Positions 17,573 to 26,835 of a DNA stretch of 64,000 bases are shown here, piece by piece (position 1 is the first letter of the stretch; every line of letters begins with the position of its first letter). The DNA lies in the IMG/VR virus record IMGVR_UViG_3300023371_000080; one strand, given 5' to 3'. The DNA is from a virus. Lineage: Duplodnaviria; Heunggongvirae; Uroviricota; Caudoviricetes. A program made the translations under genes and the position numbers. The notes under the pieces were generated by a model. The model was not told where the DNA came from. It made no database searches and saw only the letters and a list, made by a program, of their open reading frames with translations.

Positions 17573-17869
17573 TTGGTTTATACCTCTTTTCTTTGATTTG
17601 GGCGAAAATGCCCTTGCATATATTATATCAAAAAACGCAACTTTTTGCTATATTTATTTTTCACAAAATTTTATATTTTCTTTTGTGCATTGTGTATAAT
17701 TTATGCACAAAATCAATATTTTGTAGATAAATTAAAGGGCGGTATATAAAACCGCAAAAGCACCGCATCCGCAAGGGCAACCCGTCAGGTGATCAACTTA
17801 GAAACTGACCCAAAAATGCTTATTCCACCAAAAAATTTATCTAAAAAATATTTTTCCCAAAAACACCTC

Positions 17870-18265
17870 AAACACACCTAAACCGCCCCAAACCCTCTCC
17901 TTACCCTCTCCCCACTTTTCCACAGCCCCATCCCACAGCAAAATTCACCCCTCCACCACCTTTTCCACACCCTTTTCCACAACCCAAAAATCCAATCGCC
18001 AAACCTCTGCAAATCCCACCCCTGTTATCGTTACCAAAAATCCCACTCCAGTGGAGCCAAATCCCACGCCCATCCCACAAAATGCCCGCAATTCCCAACC
18101 ACATCCCGCCACAGCCCCATTCTCCCAAAATCTCCCTCCCAAAACCCCACTCCCAACCTTCCCGCAACAAATCCCTCCCCAAACCGTTTCTGAGCCCCAA
18201 AATCCCACACTACTTAACCAAATCTGGCCCCAACTTGCCCCGCCCCACCAATTGCCCACCTAATT
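17870..18265. other. Strongly C/A-rich, G-poor strand-skewed non-coding tract
   Basis: Runs such as CCCACA/AAATCCC with very few G; only spurious Pro- or Gly-rich ORFs. Confidence 0.8.
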
Positions 18266-18395
18266 TAATATATGCCCAATTCCCCACAGTACGGGGGTAT
18301 TTTCAACCCCCAGGATCAACGCCCCTTGTCCCTTACGGGGGTGCTTCAAACTACGCCCCAGTCCCTATACCCCGTCCCAGTCCCCAGGCCTCGTT

Positions 18396-18457
18396 TGTAA
18401 ACAAATTGTAAATCCCCAGCCCAGCCCCTTGACAAGTCCCAGTTCCTGGTGTATACT
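18396..18457 (+). promoter_or_regulatory. sigmaA promoter with upstream TGTAAA-N5-TGTAAA box
   Basis: Box 18396-18412; TTGACA 18429-18434, 17 nt, TATACT 18452-18457. Confidence 0.75.
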
Positions 18458-18514
18458 GTCCCCAACCAACCGCCCCAGTACAAACCCCGTAAAGAGTTAT
18501 TCTTAATAACTCTC

Positions 18515-18633
18515 TTATCTATATCTATATCCTTATCTATATCTTTATCTATATCTATATCTATATCTTGCTTTTTACCAGTTATAACCAAGGTTATAAC
18601 CAAGGTTATTACTTAGGTTATGGTTAGGTTATT
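18515..18633. repeat. ATATCT hexamer tract plus GGTTAT/GTTATAACCAAG iteron-like repeats (candidate replication origin)
   Basis: About 8-9 hexamers at 18515-18568; GTTATAACCAAG repeated at 18581-18604 and further GGTTA(T) copies. Confidence 0.65.
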
Positions 18634-18636
18634 ATT

Positions 18637-18698
18637 TGTAAATAAATTGTAAATACCCATAATAACCTATTGACAAAACCTTGGTTATGTGTTATAAT
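18637..18698 (+). promoter_or_regulatory. Consensus sigmaA promoter of the rightward arm with upstream TGTAAA-N5-TGTAAA box
   Basis: Box 18637-18653; TTGACA 18670-18675, 17 nt, TG-n-TATAAT 18693-18698. Confidence 0.9.
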
Positions 18699-18733
18699 AA
18701 CCACAACAAAACAAAATGATTAGGAGGAATCAT

Positions 18734-19135
18734 ATGAACGAAAAAGAAAACTTCGTCTTCTTAGCGAGCTGGGCGTCCACTATTGAGTCGTTCGATGAGG
18801 CGAAGCAGCCCGAGCTTGCTGGAGAGCTTGCTAAACAAATTATCTATTACGGCACCAAAGGAGAGATCACAACCGACAATCCTATGATTCGAGGCATCGT
18901 TGAGGGAATGTGTGTTGCACTTATCGACCAGGCTAAGCTGAAGTACCAGAACTGCAAAACTAACGGTAACCTTGGCGGCAGGCCCGAAAAGTACCCTGTA
19001 TCCGAAATGATTCGTCTGCGTGATGCTGGATTGTCCAATGAGGAGATTGCGGAGAATCTAGGCTGCTCGGCGCAAACCGTAAGTAAGAAGTTTAAGGCGC
19101 TAGATGAAATTGCCGACTCAGATAACGAAATATAA
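18734..19135 (+). CDS. DUF6291-like domain plus C-terminal HTH (replication-initiator/regulator-like)
   Basis: NFVFLASW...GEL..QIIYYG...IDQ..KY.NC..NG..GGRP pattern, then LSNEEIAENLGCSAQTVSK HTH. Confidence 0.65.
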   Translation: MNEKENFVFLASWASTIESFDEAKQPELAGELAKQIIYYGTKGEITTDNPMIRGIVEGMCVALIDQAKLKYQNCKTNGNLGGRPEKYPVSEMIRLRDAGLSNEEIAENLGCSAQTVSKKFKALDEIADSDNEI

Positions 19136-19166
19136 CACAACAAACTGATTGAGAAAGGAAAACAAA

Positions 19167-19373
19167 ATGGTAGACCATTACAACAAAGACTTCGTTGAAT
19201 GGTTCAAACATTGGGACGCCTGGCACAAATGGGCTTCTCAGGAACCATCTCCGTGGCGCCCAATAAAATACATCAAGTGGCTTCGCAGCGAGCCTAAAGG
19301 CAAAACAGTTACGATGGGGCTTATACCTATATGTGATATTTATATACCAATCGAGAAAGGAAAGAAAAAATGA
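19167..19373 (+). CDS. Hypothetical Trp-rich protein
   Basis: ORF with AAAGGA RBS. Confidence 0.6.
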   Translation: MVDHYNKDFVEWFKHWDAWHKWASQEPSPWRPIKYIKWLRSEPKGKTVTMGLIPICDIYIPIEKGKKK

Positions 19374-19579
19374 GAGGAACTATTGGAGTACACGCCGCCC
19401 ACTGTTGTAAGTGGCACGGATGCAAATACGGAGATCCCGACTGTCCTGTTGTTAACGGCGAGATTGAGCAGGAGTATCTCTGCGAAGACTGTTATTATCA
19501 CCTGGAAGAAGAGGGATATTACAGAAAGATGCTAATTACAATTGAAGAGATTAAGAAATGGAAGGAGTCTCGTAAATGA
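19370..19579 (+). CDS. Cys/His-rich hypothetical protein
   Basis: HCC..HGCKYGD.DCPV motif; coupled genes. Confidence 0.7.
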   Translation: MRGTIGVHAAHCCKWHGCKYGDPDCPVVNGEIEQEYLCEDCYYHLEEEGYYRKMLITIEEIKKWKESRK

Positions 19580-19902
19580 AACTTTGGATAGATGATGTAA
19601 GACCTGCGCCTGAGGGATATGTTTGGTGCAAGAGTGTTAATTCGACAATAGGGGTAATCGAGTCTGTAGAACAGACATTTTTCAATTGGTATGACGTCCG
19701 TGACGAGGATATCATATCTATCATTGACATTGACCATGATGCAGGTGATTACGCCTCAGACGGTGGCGACTACATTCGCCCCCTCGACTGGCTCGAAGAG
19801 ACTGGCCGCAACTACCCTATTCGCATTCACTCGCAGAACCCCGTCGGCGTTGCTAATATGCGACGGATTATTGAAAGAAATGGTTGGACTGAGGTGAAGT
19901 GA
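19576..19902 (+). CDS. Cyclic-phosphate-processing receiver domain protein
   Basis: MKLWIDDVRPAP, DIDHDAG and IHSQNPVG family motifs. Confidence 0.8.
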   Translation: MKLWIDDVRPAPEGYVWCKSVNSTIGVIESVEQTFFNWYDVRDEDIISIIDIDHDAGDYASDGGDYIRPLDWLEETGRNYPIRIHSQNPVGVANMRRIIERNGWTEVK

Positions 19903-20144
19903 TGATACTACGCTTAACTTGTGAAAAATGCAAAAGTGAAGTAGATGTGCATCTTTATTATAATGATTATCGTATTACCACAACTATGTGGCATGACATA
20001 GGAGATCCAGAATATACAGCAGAAGCTAGAGGCAAAACACTTTGTCCTTGCTGTGGAACGGTAATACACGCAAATTTTAAACATACGTTAGATAAAGGTG
20101 AAATAATCGAATTGGCTCAAAGAGGCAATGTAGAGACTTATTAA
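19899..20144 (+). CDS. Zn-ribbon hypothetical protein
   Basis: CEKC...CPCC. Confidence 0.65.
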   Translation: MMILRLTCEKCKSEVDVHLYYNDYRITTTMWHDIGDPEYTAEARGKTLCPCCGTVIHANFKHTLDKGEIIELAQRGNVETY

Positions 20145-20173
20145 AGAAGAAATGGTTGGAAGGAGATAAAATA

Positions 20174-20410
20174 ATGACCGTCAAAGAATTTAATGAGAAC
20201 TTTTGGCCCCAATATAATAAAGCAGTTTCATTTGTCAATTGTATGGAGCACGCTTTGCAAAAAAGTGACGACAATGCTCGTATGCAGATGCGAGTAATTG
20301 GTTGGAACGAAGATACAAAACTGTTTTTGCTTGATGCGCTCCGCAGAATCGAAAGAGATGCAAGAGATAGTTACAGATGGTGTCAATCTGAATGGTGGAA
20401 AGACAATTAA
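20174..20410 (+). CDS. Hypothetical protein
   Basis: AAGGAG RBS. Confidence 0.7.
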   Translation: MTVKEFNENFWPQYNKAVSFVNCMEHALQKSDDNARMQMRVIGWNEDTKLFLLDALRRIERDARDSYRWCQSEWWKDN

Positions 20411-20442
20411 AAAGCGTATTTTATGAAGGAGCAAAGATAGAT

Positions 20443-20658
20443 ATGAAAATATTTAAAATTATTAAGACAGTTGTGAAGAGATTTAAATGTAATCACGAGT
20501 TTGTCACTACATCAAACTTTTACGGAGACTACATAGATTATGTTAGTTCGGGTTTTCCTATATACAGAAGCCGACAAAAATGTATTAAGTGTGGAAAAGA
20601 AAGGCTTTCAGAATATTTGGATGAAAACTGTAAAGTGATTAACGATGGAATGATATAA
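20443..20658 (+). CDS. Small Cys/His hypothetical protein
   Basis: C.H...C.KCGK; AAGGAG RBS. Confidence 0.65.
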   Translation: MKIFKIIKTVVKRFKCNHEFVTTSNFYGDYIDYVSSGFPIYRSRQKCIKCGKERLSEYLDENCKVINDGMI

Positions 20659-20683
20659 AATACGAATTTTAAGAGGTGAAATT

Positions 20684-21058
20684 ATGAAGATAGAAATTGA
20701 AATTCCTGATTTGGAAGAAATATATTGCAGTTATTATGAGGATGATGTCGTAACAGGCAAAGACCTTAAGAAAATAATAGTTGATATAGCAATTCAGAAA
20801 TTTATTGATAGGATGTATGACGACTATATGAACGATAAAGTGTATGAATCGGTTAAAAATGATGTAAAGGAAATTGTAAAAGCTAATTCAAGCGATATTG
20901 TAGATAAAGTTGTTAACAAAGTATCAGATGAAATAATCAAAAAGAAGTCGATAGTAAACGAGATGCCTAAAAAATCGGAAATAGCGAGCATTAGCAAAGA
21001 GTGGGAAGATTACTTTATTACACTTGTTGATAAAGCTATAGCTAAAAGATTTAAGTAA
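20684..21058 (+). CDS. Hypothetical protein
   Basis: 124 aa, GAGGTG RBS. Confidence 0.75.
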   Translation: MKIEIEIPDLEEIYCSYYEDDVVTGKDLKKIIVDIAIQKFIDRMYDDYMNDKVYESVKNDVKEIVKANSSDIVDKVVNKVSDEIIKKKSIVNEMPKKSEIASISKEWEDYFITLVDKAIAKRFK

Positions 21059-21090
21059 GACGAATAAAAATAAAATTTTAAGAGGTAGAT

Positions 21091-21372
21091 ATGAGTAAGA
21101 AACCGAAAGATGGAAATGTTCTTAAATCTGATGTGCTATGGATTATTCAAAATTATATTCGTGGCATTCAAATGAATGACTATGGTAGCGACAAAGGCAT
21201 ACCTCAGTTATATGCGGTAATGGAACAGATTGAAAATATGGAAGTGCAAGAAGCTAACTGGCTAAAGGATGAGAAGGGCGCTTGGGTTTGCTCTCATTGC
21301 GGTTATGGCTTTTATAATGGTGTAGGAACTTGGGTAGACCATTGTGAAAAATGCGGATATAAGATGGTATAA
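21091..21372 (+). CDS. Hypothetical protein with C-terminal Zn ribbon
   Basis: CSHCG...CEKCGYKM. Confidence 0.75.
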   Translation: MSKKPKDGNVLKSDVLWIIQNYIRGIQMNDYGSDKGIPQLYAVMEQIENMEVQEANWLKDEKGAWVCSHCGYGFYNGVGTWVDHCEKCGYKMV

Positions 21373-21397
21373 AAATAGAGTTTTAAGAGGTAATATT

Positions 21398-21646
21398 ATG
21401 GAAGTGTCAAAGATTTATTCGATGATTTATGATAGTCCAAAGTATGGCGATAATGGATATGGTAAATATTTAGGCGAATTTAAAAGAGTGAAGCAGCTTA
21501 GAGAAGATGCTTGGGTGGATGATTTTATTGGTGTTAATACTGAAACTGACGAAGTATGCTTAGTACTCTCAAGAGAAGTGTGCGGATATGGTGGTGGTAT
21601 TGCCTACGAAGTAATTCCAGTCCCAGAGTTGATGTTAAAGCTATAA
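21398..21646 (+). CDS. Hypothetical protein
   Basis: GAGG RBS. Confidence 0.7.
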   Translation: MEVSKIYSMIYDSPKYGDNGYGKYLGEFKRVKQLREDAWVDDFIGVNTETDEVCLVLSREVCGYGGGIAYEVIPVPELMLKL

Positions 21647-21672
21647 AAATGAAGTTTTAAGTGGTGAGAGAT

Positions 21673-21834
21673 ATGATTGTTAATTCTAATGAATTTATTA
21701 AATATGTTAAAAGACATTTATTAAGAAACAATAGTCATAATGAATGGAATGCAAAAATTGATAAAATGAATAGTGTTGGCTTATTAAATCATAATACATA
21801 TCAAACACTTAAAATGATTGTAAGCAACACATAA
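21673..21834 (+). CDS. Small AT-rich hypothetical protein (53 aa)
   Basis: Flanked by TAAAA-N6-TTTTA elements; below ORF cutoff. Confidence 0.5.
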   Translation: MIVNSNEFIKYVKRHLLRNNSHNEWNAKIDKMNSVGLLNHNTYQTLKMIVSNT

Positions 21835-21862
21835 AAATAAAATTTTAAAAGGAGACAAAACA

Positions 21863-21979
21863 ATGATTTGCAATAATTGTACAAACCCTATATGCAAAGC
21901 ATATCGCGGAACCTGTAGAAAATATAGGCTGTTGAAATTAATTACGTTTGGAAGATATGGTAGAAAGGAATTAAACTAA
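21863..21979 (+). CDS. Small Cys-rich hypothetical protein (38 aa)
   Basis: AAAGGAG RBS; TAATG overlap with next gene. Confidence 0.45.
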   Translation: MICNNCTNPICKAYRGTCRKYRLLKLITFGRYGRKELN

Positions 21980-22332
21980 TGAACGGCGTAGAAATTTTAG
22001 CAGAAGAAATGGTTTATAAATTACAACCCTTTAATCTTTTCTTTTGGTTGGGTATTATAATTAGTATACCTCTCCTTCTTGGGGTATGGAGAGCCGCCTA
22101 TCGTTCTCATGAGCTTGATGTGGGGCTTATAATTCTTTCTCTCATATTGGTGTTTTCAATTGGTGTCGTTTTTGGAACAGCAACAATGGCAACTCCTTTA
22201 GTAGATCGAGAAATCAGATATATAGAATACAAAGTCACCATCGACGACTCCGTCTCAATGGTAGAGTTTCTAGACAAATATGAAATCATTGACCAAGAAG
22301 GTAAGATTTATACAGTAAAGGAGAGAGAATGA
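21979..22332 (+). CDS. Putative two-TM membrane protein
   Basis: Two hydrophobic segments. Confidence 0.75.
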   Translation: MNGVEILAEEMVYKLQPFNLFFWLGIIISIPLLLGVWRAAYRSHELDVGLIILSLILVFSIGVVFGTATMATPLVDREIRYIEYKVTIDDSVSMVEFLDKYEIIDQEGKIYTVKERE

Positions 22333-22607
22333 TGATCCGAGTTCAAAAATACCGAGAACCCATTAAAATGGAAAACTGGCTTGTTAACGCAGACGAGATT
22401 GGTACACTCTCTGGCGACTGGCTTATCTTAGACAATGGACCAAGCGACTTTGATGCAGTAATGACAACTGTAATCCATCTAGATAGCGTTGAGTATTTTA
22501 CGAGCACCAAGCCAATTAGCAATAATAGAATTTTTCTTTTAGATAGAACTCACCCAGACGGTTATTTATATTGGGTAACACAAGAAGAGGAGAAAACCAA
22601 TGACTAG
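22329..22607 (+). CDS. Hypothetical protein
   Basis: Coupled ORF. Confidence 0.7.
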   Translation: MMIRVQKYREPIKMENWLVNADEIGTLSGDWLILDNGPSDFDAVMTTVIHLDSVEYFTSTKPISNNRIFLLDRTHPDGYLYWVTQEEEKTND

Positions 22608-22776
22608 ACTAGACAGAGTACTCACTCTACTCGAACGCTACGATCGCCTTGCAGCAGATATATTTTTTGGAGAGATTGAGTGGGGTGCAATTTCAGGCAC
22701 ACTCATTGACCTCCGCAAAGAAAAAGAAAAACTCACCCAAGAACTTATCGAGCACGGTTGTAGGAGGAAGAACTAA
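22600..22776 (+). CDS. Small hypothetical protein (58 aa)
   Basis: GAGGAG RBS; overlaps both neighbours; below cutoff. Confidence 0.55.
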   Translation: MTRLDRVLTLLERYDRLAADIFFGEIEWGAISGTLIDLRKEKEKLTQELIEHGCRRKN

Positions 22777-23093
22777 TGAAATACAAACCTTACGCAAAAG
22801 TAATCACCAACGATGGCTGCCTCTGTGCCATCTACGAGCCCCACCCTTTCCGTTCCAGTGCCATCTCCGAAGCAGTCGGTTCTAAAGTCAACACGGGCAT
22901 CGCAGACGACGAATGGTGCTGGATGTACTATGACTGGTGCTGCAATCCCATCGGCACAAGTTACGAGAAGCCCGAAGGCATTGAGGTAGATAAATTTACA
23001 ACAGACAATCTTGACTTCTCGTGGACCACGCCTGAGTGCGCTCAGAACTTGTGTGATTATTTGAATATGGAGCCTTATGGAGAGGAGAATTAA
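22776..23093 (+). CDS. Hypothetical protein
   Basis: AGGAGG RBS. Confidence 0.75.
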   Translation: MKYKPYAKVITNDGCLCAIYEPHPFRSSAISEAVGSKVNTGIADDEWCWMYYDWCCNPIGTSYEKPEGIEVDKFTTDNLDFSWTTPECAQNLCDYLNMEPYGEEN

Positions 23094-23095
23094 CT

Positions 23096-23692
23096 ATGGT
23101 ATATAAGCATCATCAGATTTTTAGAGATAAGCTCGGTCTTGATTCAAGCGTTTGGGATACTGCAGATCTTGATTCAGATCTTAGAAAGAAAGTTAAGAGT
23201 GTCCGCAATGCTCATCCTATCATTCCTTACACCCTTGAGATTGAGTGCAATTCCTACTGGGGTCAGTTCGAGCGAGAATTTATTGCGTACTCAGTGGGCA
23301 TTCTTGACGATGTTCAGATGAGCATTCGCCATTCTAAGGAAGAACTTGAGATGTTTTGGCAGGATGTTTTCGGCAGACCCCACCTTTCGTTCGAATACGC
23401 ATTGGAACATTATGTGCTGCTACAGGATTATCTGTTTGAAACCTTTCAGGATGTTGACGACTGGGAGCAGCTTACCTTCTATCAGATCGACTGGGATATT
23501 ATGCACAAAGAAAAACGAGATGTATTAAGAATCCAGCTTGCCAAGCCTCTTGACGAGTATTGGGAGAGCATTATCATTCCTCGTATGAAAGACTTCTTCG
23601 TCGAAAGACCATATGTATATATGGATAAAGATGCTGAACTCATTAGTATCACTTTGTGTGATAGCAAGGGAAATGTCGTGAAGGAATATTGA
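23096..23692 (+). CDS. Hypothetical protein
   Basis: 198 aa ORF. Confidence 0.8.
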   Translation: MVYKHHQIFRDKLGLDSSVWDTADLDSDLRKKVKSVRNAHPIIPYTLEIECNSYWGQFEREFIAYSVGILDDVQMSIRHSKEELEMFWQDVFGRPHLSFEYALEHYVLLQDYLFETFQDVDDWEQLTFYQIDWDIMHKEKRDVLRIQLAKPLDEYWESIIIPRMKDFFVERPYVYMDKDAELISITLCDSKGNVVKEY

Positions 23693-23707
23693 GAGGAAAA
23701 CTAACAA

Positions 23708-24463
23708 ATGAAATACAACCTCAGAAACTTGCTTTGGCATCTAAAGTACAAGGGACAAAAAGACGAGGCAGAACGAATTGCCGAATGTAAAGAGCAACTC
23801 TACGATGCCGTCGAAGATAATATAAACTACTTTACTAATTATACAGAAAATCACCTAGTTGCAAATCCAGACCTTTATTATTCAATTCCTATGTCCCATC
23901 TTGAATCATCTTACGGCTTAACCTTGGATAAGTTTATAGAAATCCAAGAGAGATTTAACAAGGCTGCCACGGGACTGTTTGGATTAAAATATGATAACAG
24001 TGCCCATCTTATACTGACCGACATATTCGGCAACTCTTTTATCGCATATTGCAGTTATGAACAACATACCAAGTCTTACAAACTATACATTTGGGATATG
24101 AGTGGTCAAATATCGTTATATAGCCTTTCAACAAAGAACCCCCAACTAACACACGAGCAAGTTAATGAAATAGAGAAGTGCCAGAGCAACCTATTGGAGC
24201 ACTATGAGAAACGAAGAGAATCTGCCAACCGTTATCAGCAAATTTGCAAATACAAAGATTATATCAGAAGGGCAAACTATACCAACGGTCATGCTCAGTA
24301 CACCTGCGATGTATACGTTCGCAAGGACATCCCTATCGAACTCACAGAGCACGAGATTGCCAAGTATATTGACAATTGGAATTACTGTTTCGGTGGTAAG
24401 ATTTATGCGGCTGGTGAAACTGATACTGAGCGAAGATATCACATTACGGTTTATACGGATTGA
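23708..24463 (+). CDS. Hypothetical protein
   Basis: 251 aa ORF. Confidence 0.8.
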   Translation: MKYNLRNLLWHLKYKGQKDEAERIAECKEQLYDAVEDNINYFTNYTENHLVANPDLYYSIPMSHLESSYGLTLDKFIEIQERFNKAATGLFGLKYDNSAHLILTDIFGNSFIAYCSYEQHTKSYKLYIWDMSGQISLYSLSTKNPQLTHEQVNEIEKCQSNLLEHYEKRRESANRYQQICKYKDYIRRANYTNGHAQYTCDVYVRKDIPIELTEHEIAKYIDNWNYCFGGKIYAAGETDTERRYHITVYTD

Positions 24464-24477
24464 AGGGAGAACTAACT

Positions 24478-24702
24478 ATGAGCTACTATTCAAAATACAA
24501 TAGCAATCATGATTTATGGACTGCCATCATTTGTTTCGCCTTAGCTATTTTTGTAATGATTAGCTTTAATACTTGTACTGCATCAGAATGGAATGACGGA
24601 TATTGCCCCAAATGCAACGTCAGATACGAACTTGGTGGAGTATATAAATATATAAGATACTATTCTTGCCCTAAGTGCGGCAATGAAGTTTCTAGATATT
24701 AA
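24478..24702 (+). CDS. Small TM plus Zn-ribbon protein
   Basis: Hydrophobic helix then CPKC...CPKCG. Confidence 0.65.
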   Translation: MSYYSKYNSNHDLWTAIICFALAIFVMISFNTCTASEWNDGYCPKCNVRYELGGVYKYIRYYSCPKCGNEVSRY

Positions 24703-24715
24703 AGGAGAGCCGCCT

Positions 24716-25141
24716 ATGCTAAAAATATATGAAGTTCATAACTATGTATCCATAGACGGTGACGACTGGCGTGAAGTTTTATGGAGTGGCTGGTTAACTC
24801 CTATAGAGCGTAAAGTGTTTGATGAACCGCCAGAAACACAACACATATTGTGCAACGCATCTTTTTACGAAGCCTATGATTATATACACAACAATAGGTT
24901 AGACGGGGTTTATGAGTCTAGCAGTTGTTGGAATCGTATGATACATCCAGCAATCAAAGTTAGATATAGAGGTGCATATGATGATGTCGCTTATAGGAGA
25001 TTCATTGCAATGTCTTATAAAACGGAATACGAAGAATGGAAAGAAGTAACGCTCGAATGGATTCTAAAGAATCTCCCAGCAGACACCGCCATCCAATACC
25101 TCAAAGAGCGTGGTATCTCCGCCTGCCCTGTTTTAAAATAA
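24716..25141 (+). CDS. Hypothetical protein
   Basis: AAAGGAG RBS before MLKIY. Confidence 0.7.
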   Translation: MLKIYEVHNYVSIDGDDWREVLWSGWLTPIERKVFDEPPETQHILCNASFYEAYDYIHNNRLDGVYESSSCWNRMIHPAIKVRYRGAYDDVAYRRFIAMSYKTEYEEWKEVTLEWILKNLPADTAIQYLKERGISACPVLK

Positions 25142-25147
25142 AGGAGA

Positions 25148-25414
25148 ATGGCTATGAAAAATAAATTCAAAATGGAACTTACTTGGCACAACTGTTTAAC
25201 ATGCCCACCCGAAGAATATTGGAACAAGAATTTATATATATCAGACGGTACATATGTATCTGAGGTTGAATACGACAAACAGTATGGGTGGTTTGATAAA
25301 TCCGCTGGTGATTACATCCCATATCAAGAATTGTACGAATATTGGTGGGCAGACTTAAATCAAACCGTTAACAATTGTTCGGAATTTAAGGAGAACAACT
25401 ATGAAAGATTTTAA
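25148..25414 (+). CDS. Hypothetical protein
   Basis: AAGGAG RBS. Confidence 0.7.
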   Translation: MAMKNKFKMELTWHNCLTCPPEEYWNKNLYISDGTYVSEVEYDKQYGWFDKSAGDYIPYQELYEYWWADLNQTVNNCSEFKENNYERF

Positions 25415-25679
25415 AAGTGTCCAAGACCTCATCATAAAAGCCGCCCTCTATGACGGCATATCCACTACCATCAGCGCAGAGGAGCTGCTTGGCAGAGGTG
25501 ACGCGTTGCGAATCACCTTTTCGAGAGGCAACAGACATTCAGCCACCCATATTGACCTAGTGGACAAATATCGAAATCCAGAAGAAGTTGCCCTATATTG
25601 TTGCAAGCGTGCACTTTATGACTTGCTTTGTGGACCATACGAAGAGATTAATTATCCGAAGGAGAATAACAATGTTTAA
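25401..25679 (+). CDS. Hypothetical protein
   Basis: AAGGAG RBS. Confidence 0.7.
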   Translation: MKDFKSVQDLIIKAALYDGISTTISAEELLGRGDALRITFSRGNRHSATHIDLVDKYRNPEEVALYCCKRALYDLLCGPYEEINYPKENNNV

Positions 25680-26094
25680 ACGCAAGAAAAAGACAGGCTG
25701 CGAAACTCCTAAATATAGCCACTTTAGTATGGCACCTGGACCAAAACCAGAATATACCTTTCCTAATCCGTGTTACATCCCTCCTGCTAGTACACCTCGG
25801 TACAACCCACCACCTATGCCACCCATAAAACCAGCAAAACAAAAGGAGAATAAAACCATGAATAAAACTATGTACGGACTAAATTTATACATTCCATTCG
25901 AAGACCTTGACGCCTATATCCACGAACACATTGACAAGAACTACGGAGATTGTACTTTTGTGCCCGTCAAGGTAGAGATCGATGAAATTGGTCTGGGTAT
26001 TAATATAAAACTTTTGTCTGCTAGTTCTGTAGAAATAGATAACTGCAGATATAAGATTGACCTTAATAAAATGACAAAGGAGAACAACAAATGA
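25672..26094 (+). CDS. Hypothetical protein with Pro-rich N-terminus (possible internal start at 25858)
   Basis: AAGGAG RBS at both starts. Confidence 0.6.
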   Translation: MFKRKKKTGCETPKYSHFSMAPGPKPEYTFPNPCYIPPASTPRYNPPPMPPIKPAKQKENKTMNKTMYGLNLYIPFEDLDAYIHEHIDKNYGDCTFVPVKVEIDEIGLGINIKLLSASSVEIDNCRYKIDLNKMTKENNK

Positions 26095-26426
26095 GCATAG
26101 AACTTAATGTGCGTGATTGGGATGACGAAGAATATGATGATTGCGGTAATACTGCCGTAGCAATACTTAAAGTTGGACGTATTAAAATTCCGCTCTGCAT
26201 GGATTGTGTCAATGAACTGAAAGAATCTGTCGATGATTTTTGTCGTCCACAGTACTGTTATCAGTGCAAACATTTTAAGAAATCACACTGGGGCTGGAAG
26301 TACGGTGGTTCTTGTTGTAAGGATGAAGATGTGCCCGATGTTCATGTAGGTTACCACCATTGCAAGGATTGTATGGATTCTTGTAAGTCTTTTGTAGAAA
26401 AGGAGAACAACAAATGCAGGGACTAA
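26091..26426 (+). CDS. Cys-rich hypothetical protein
   Basis: Multiple Cys motifs; RBS. Confidence 0.7.
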   Translation: MSIELNVRDWDDEEYDDCGNTAVAILKVGRIKIPLCMDCVNELKESVDDFCRPQYCYQCKHFKKSHWGWKYGGSCCKDEDVPDVHVGYHHCKDCMDSCKSFVEKENNKCRD

Positions 26427-26602
26427 ATCCATTAACAATGGAGTGCACCTACTCCACTCCCTGTGGCTGGTGCACCAAGTGGGATAAGAAGTGCGACAAG
26501 AAGATTGGGTGCGGTACAAACGTAGATGCATCAAAACAGGATTTTTTGGATCTAGATACCGTTTTGGAACAAAAAGGAATGAAACGATATGACCAACCTT
26601 GA
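26414..26602 (+). CDS. Small Cys-rich hypothetical protein
   Basis: RBS, coupled. Confidence 0.6.
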   Translation: MQGLNPLTMECTYSTPCGWCTKWDKKCDKKIGCGTNVDASKQDFLDLDTVLEQKGMKRYDQP

Positions 26603-26834
26603 CATAATTAAACACCTTGCCCTCAACAACCCCACTCGCCTCGCCGAACTCCTCGATGACATTTATTGCATCGGTTGGAATTGCGGTGTGTATGCGGCGA
26701 ATAACGAAAAAATACTAGAAAAGTACGAGATTGATGATTTTAACGTATGGCTCGGCCAAGATGCTTCGGAATCGGGTTACTTTTGCGAATACGAACTTGA
26801 AAAATGGTCCAAACTTATTGAAAAGGAGAATTAA
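26589..26834 (+). CDS. Hypothetical protein
   Basis: Coupled ORF. Confidence 0.65.
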   Translation: MTNLDIIKHLALNNPTRLAELLDDIYCIGWNCGVYAANNEKILEKYEIDDFNVWLGQDASESGYFCEYELEKWSKLIEKEN

Positions 26835-26835
26835 C

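Noticed and set aside
17901..18603. Pro-rich and Gly/Trp-rich ORFs and the DIDID ORF
   Set aside because: Artefacts of low-complexity skewed DNA; no RBS.
25388..26416. Repeated AAGGAGAACAACAAATG-like junctions
   Set aside because: Explained adequately by conserved RBS-spacer-ATG sequences in overlapped genes.
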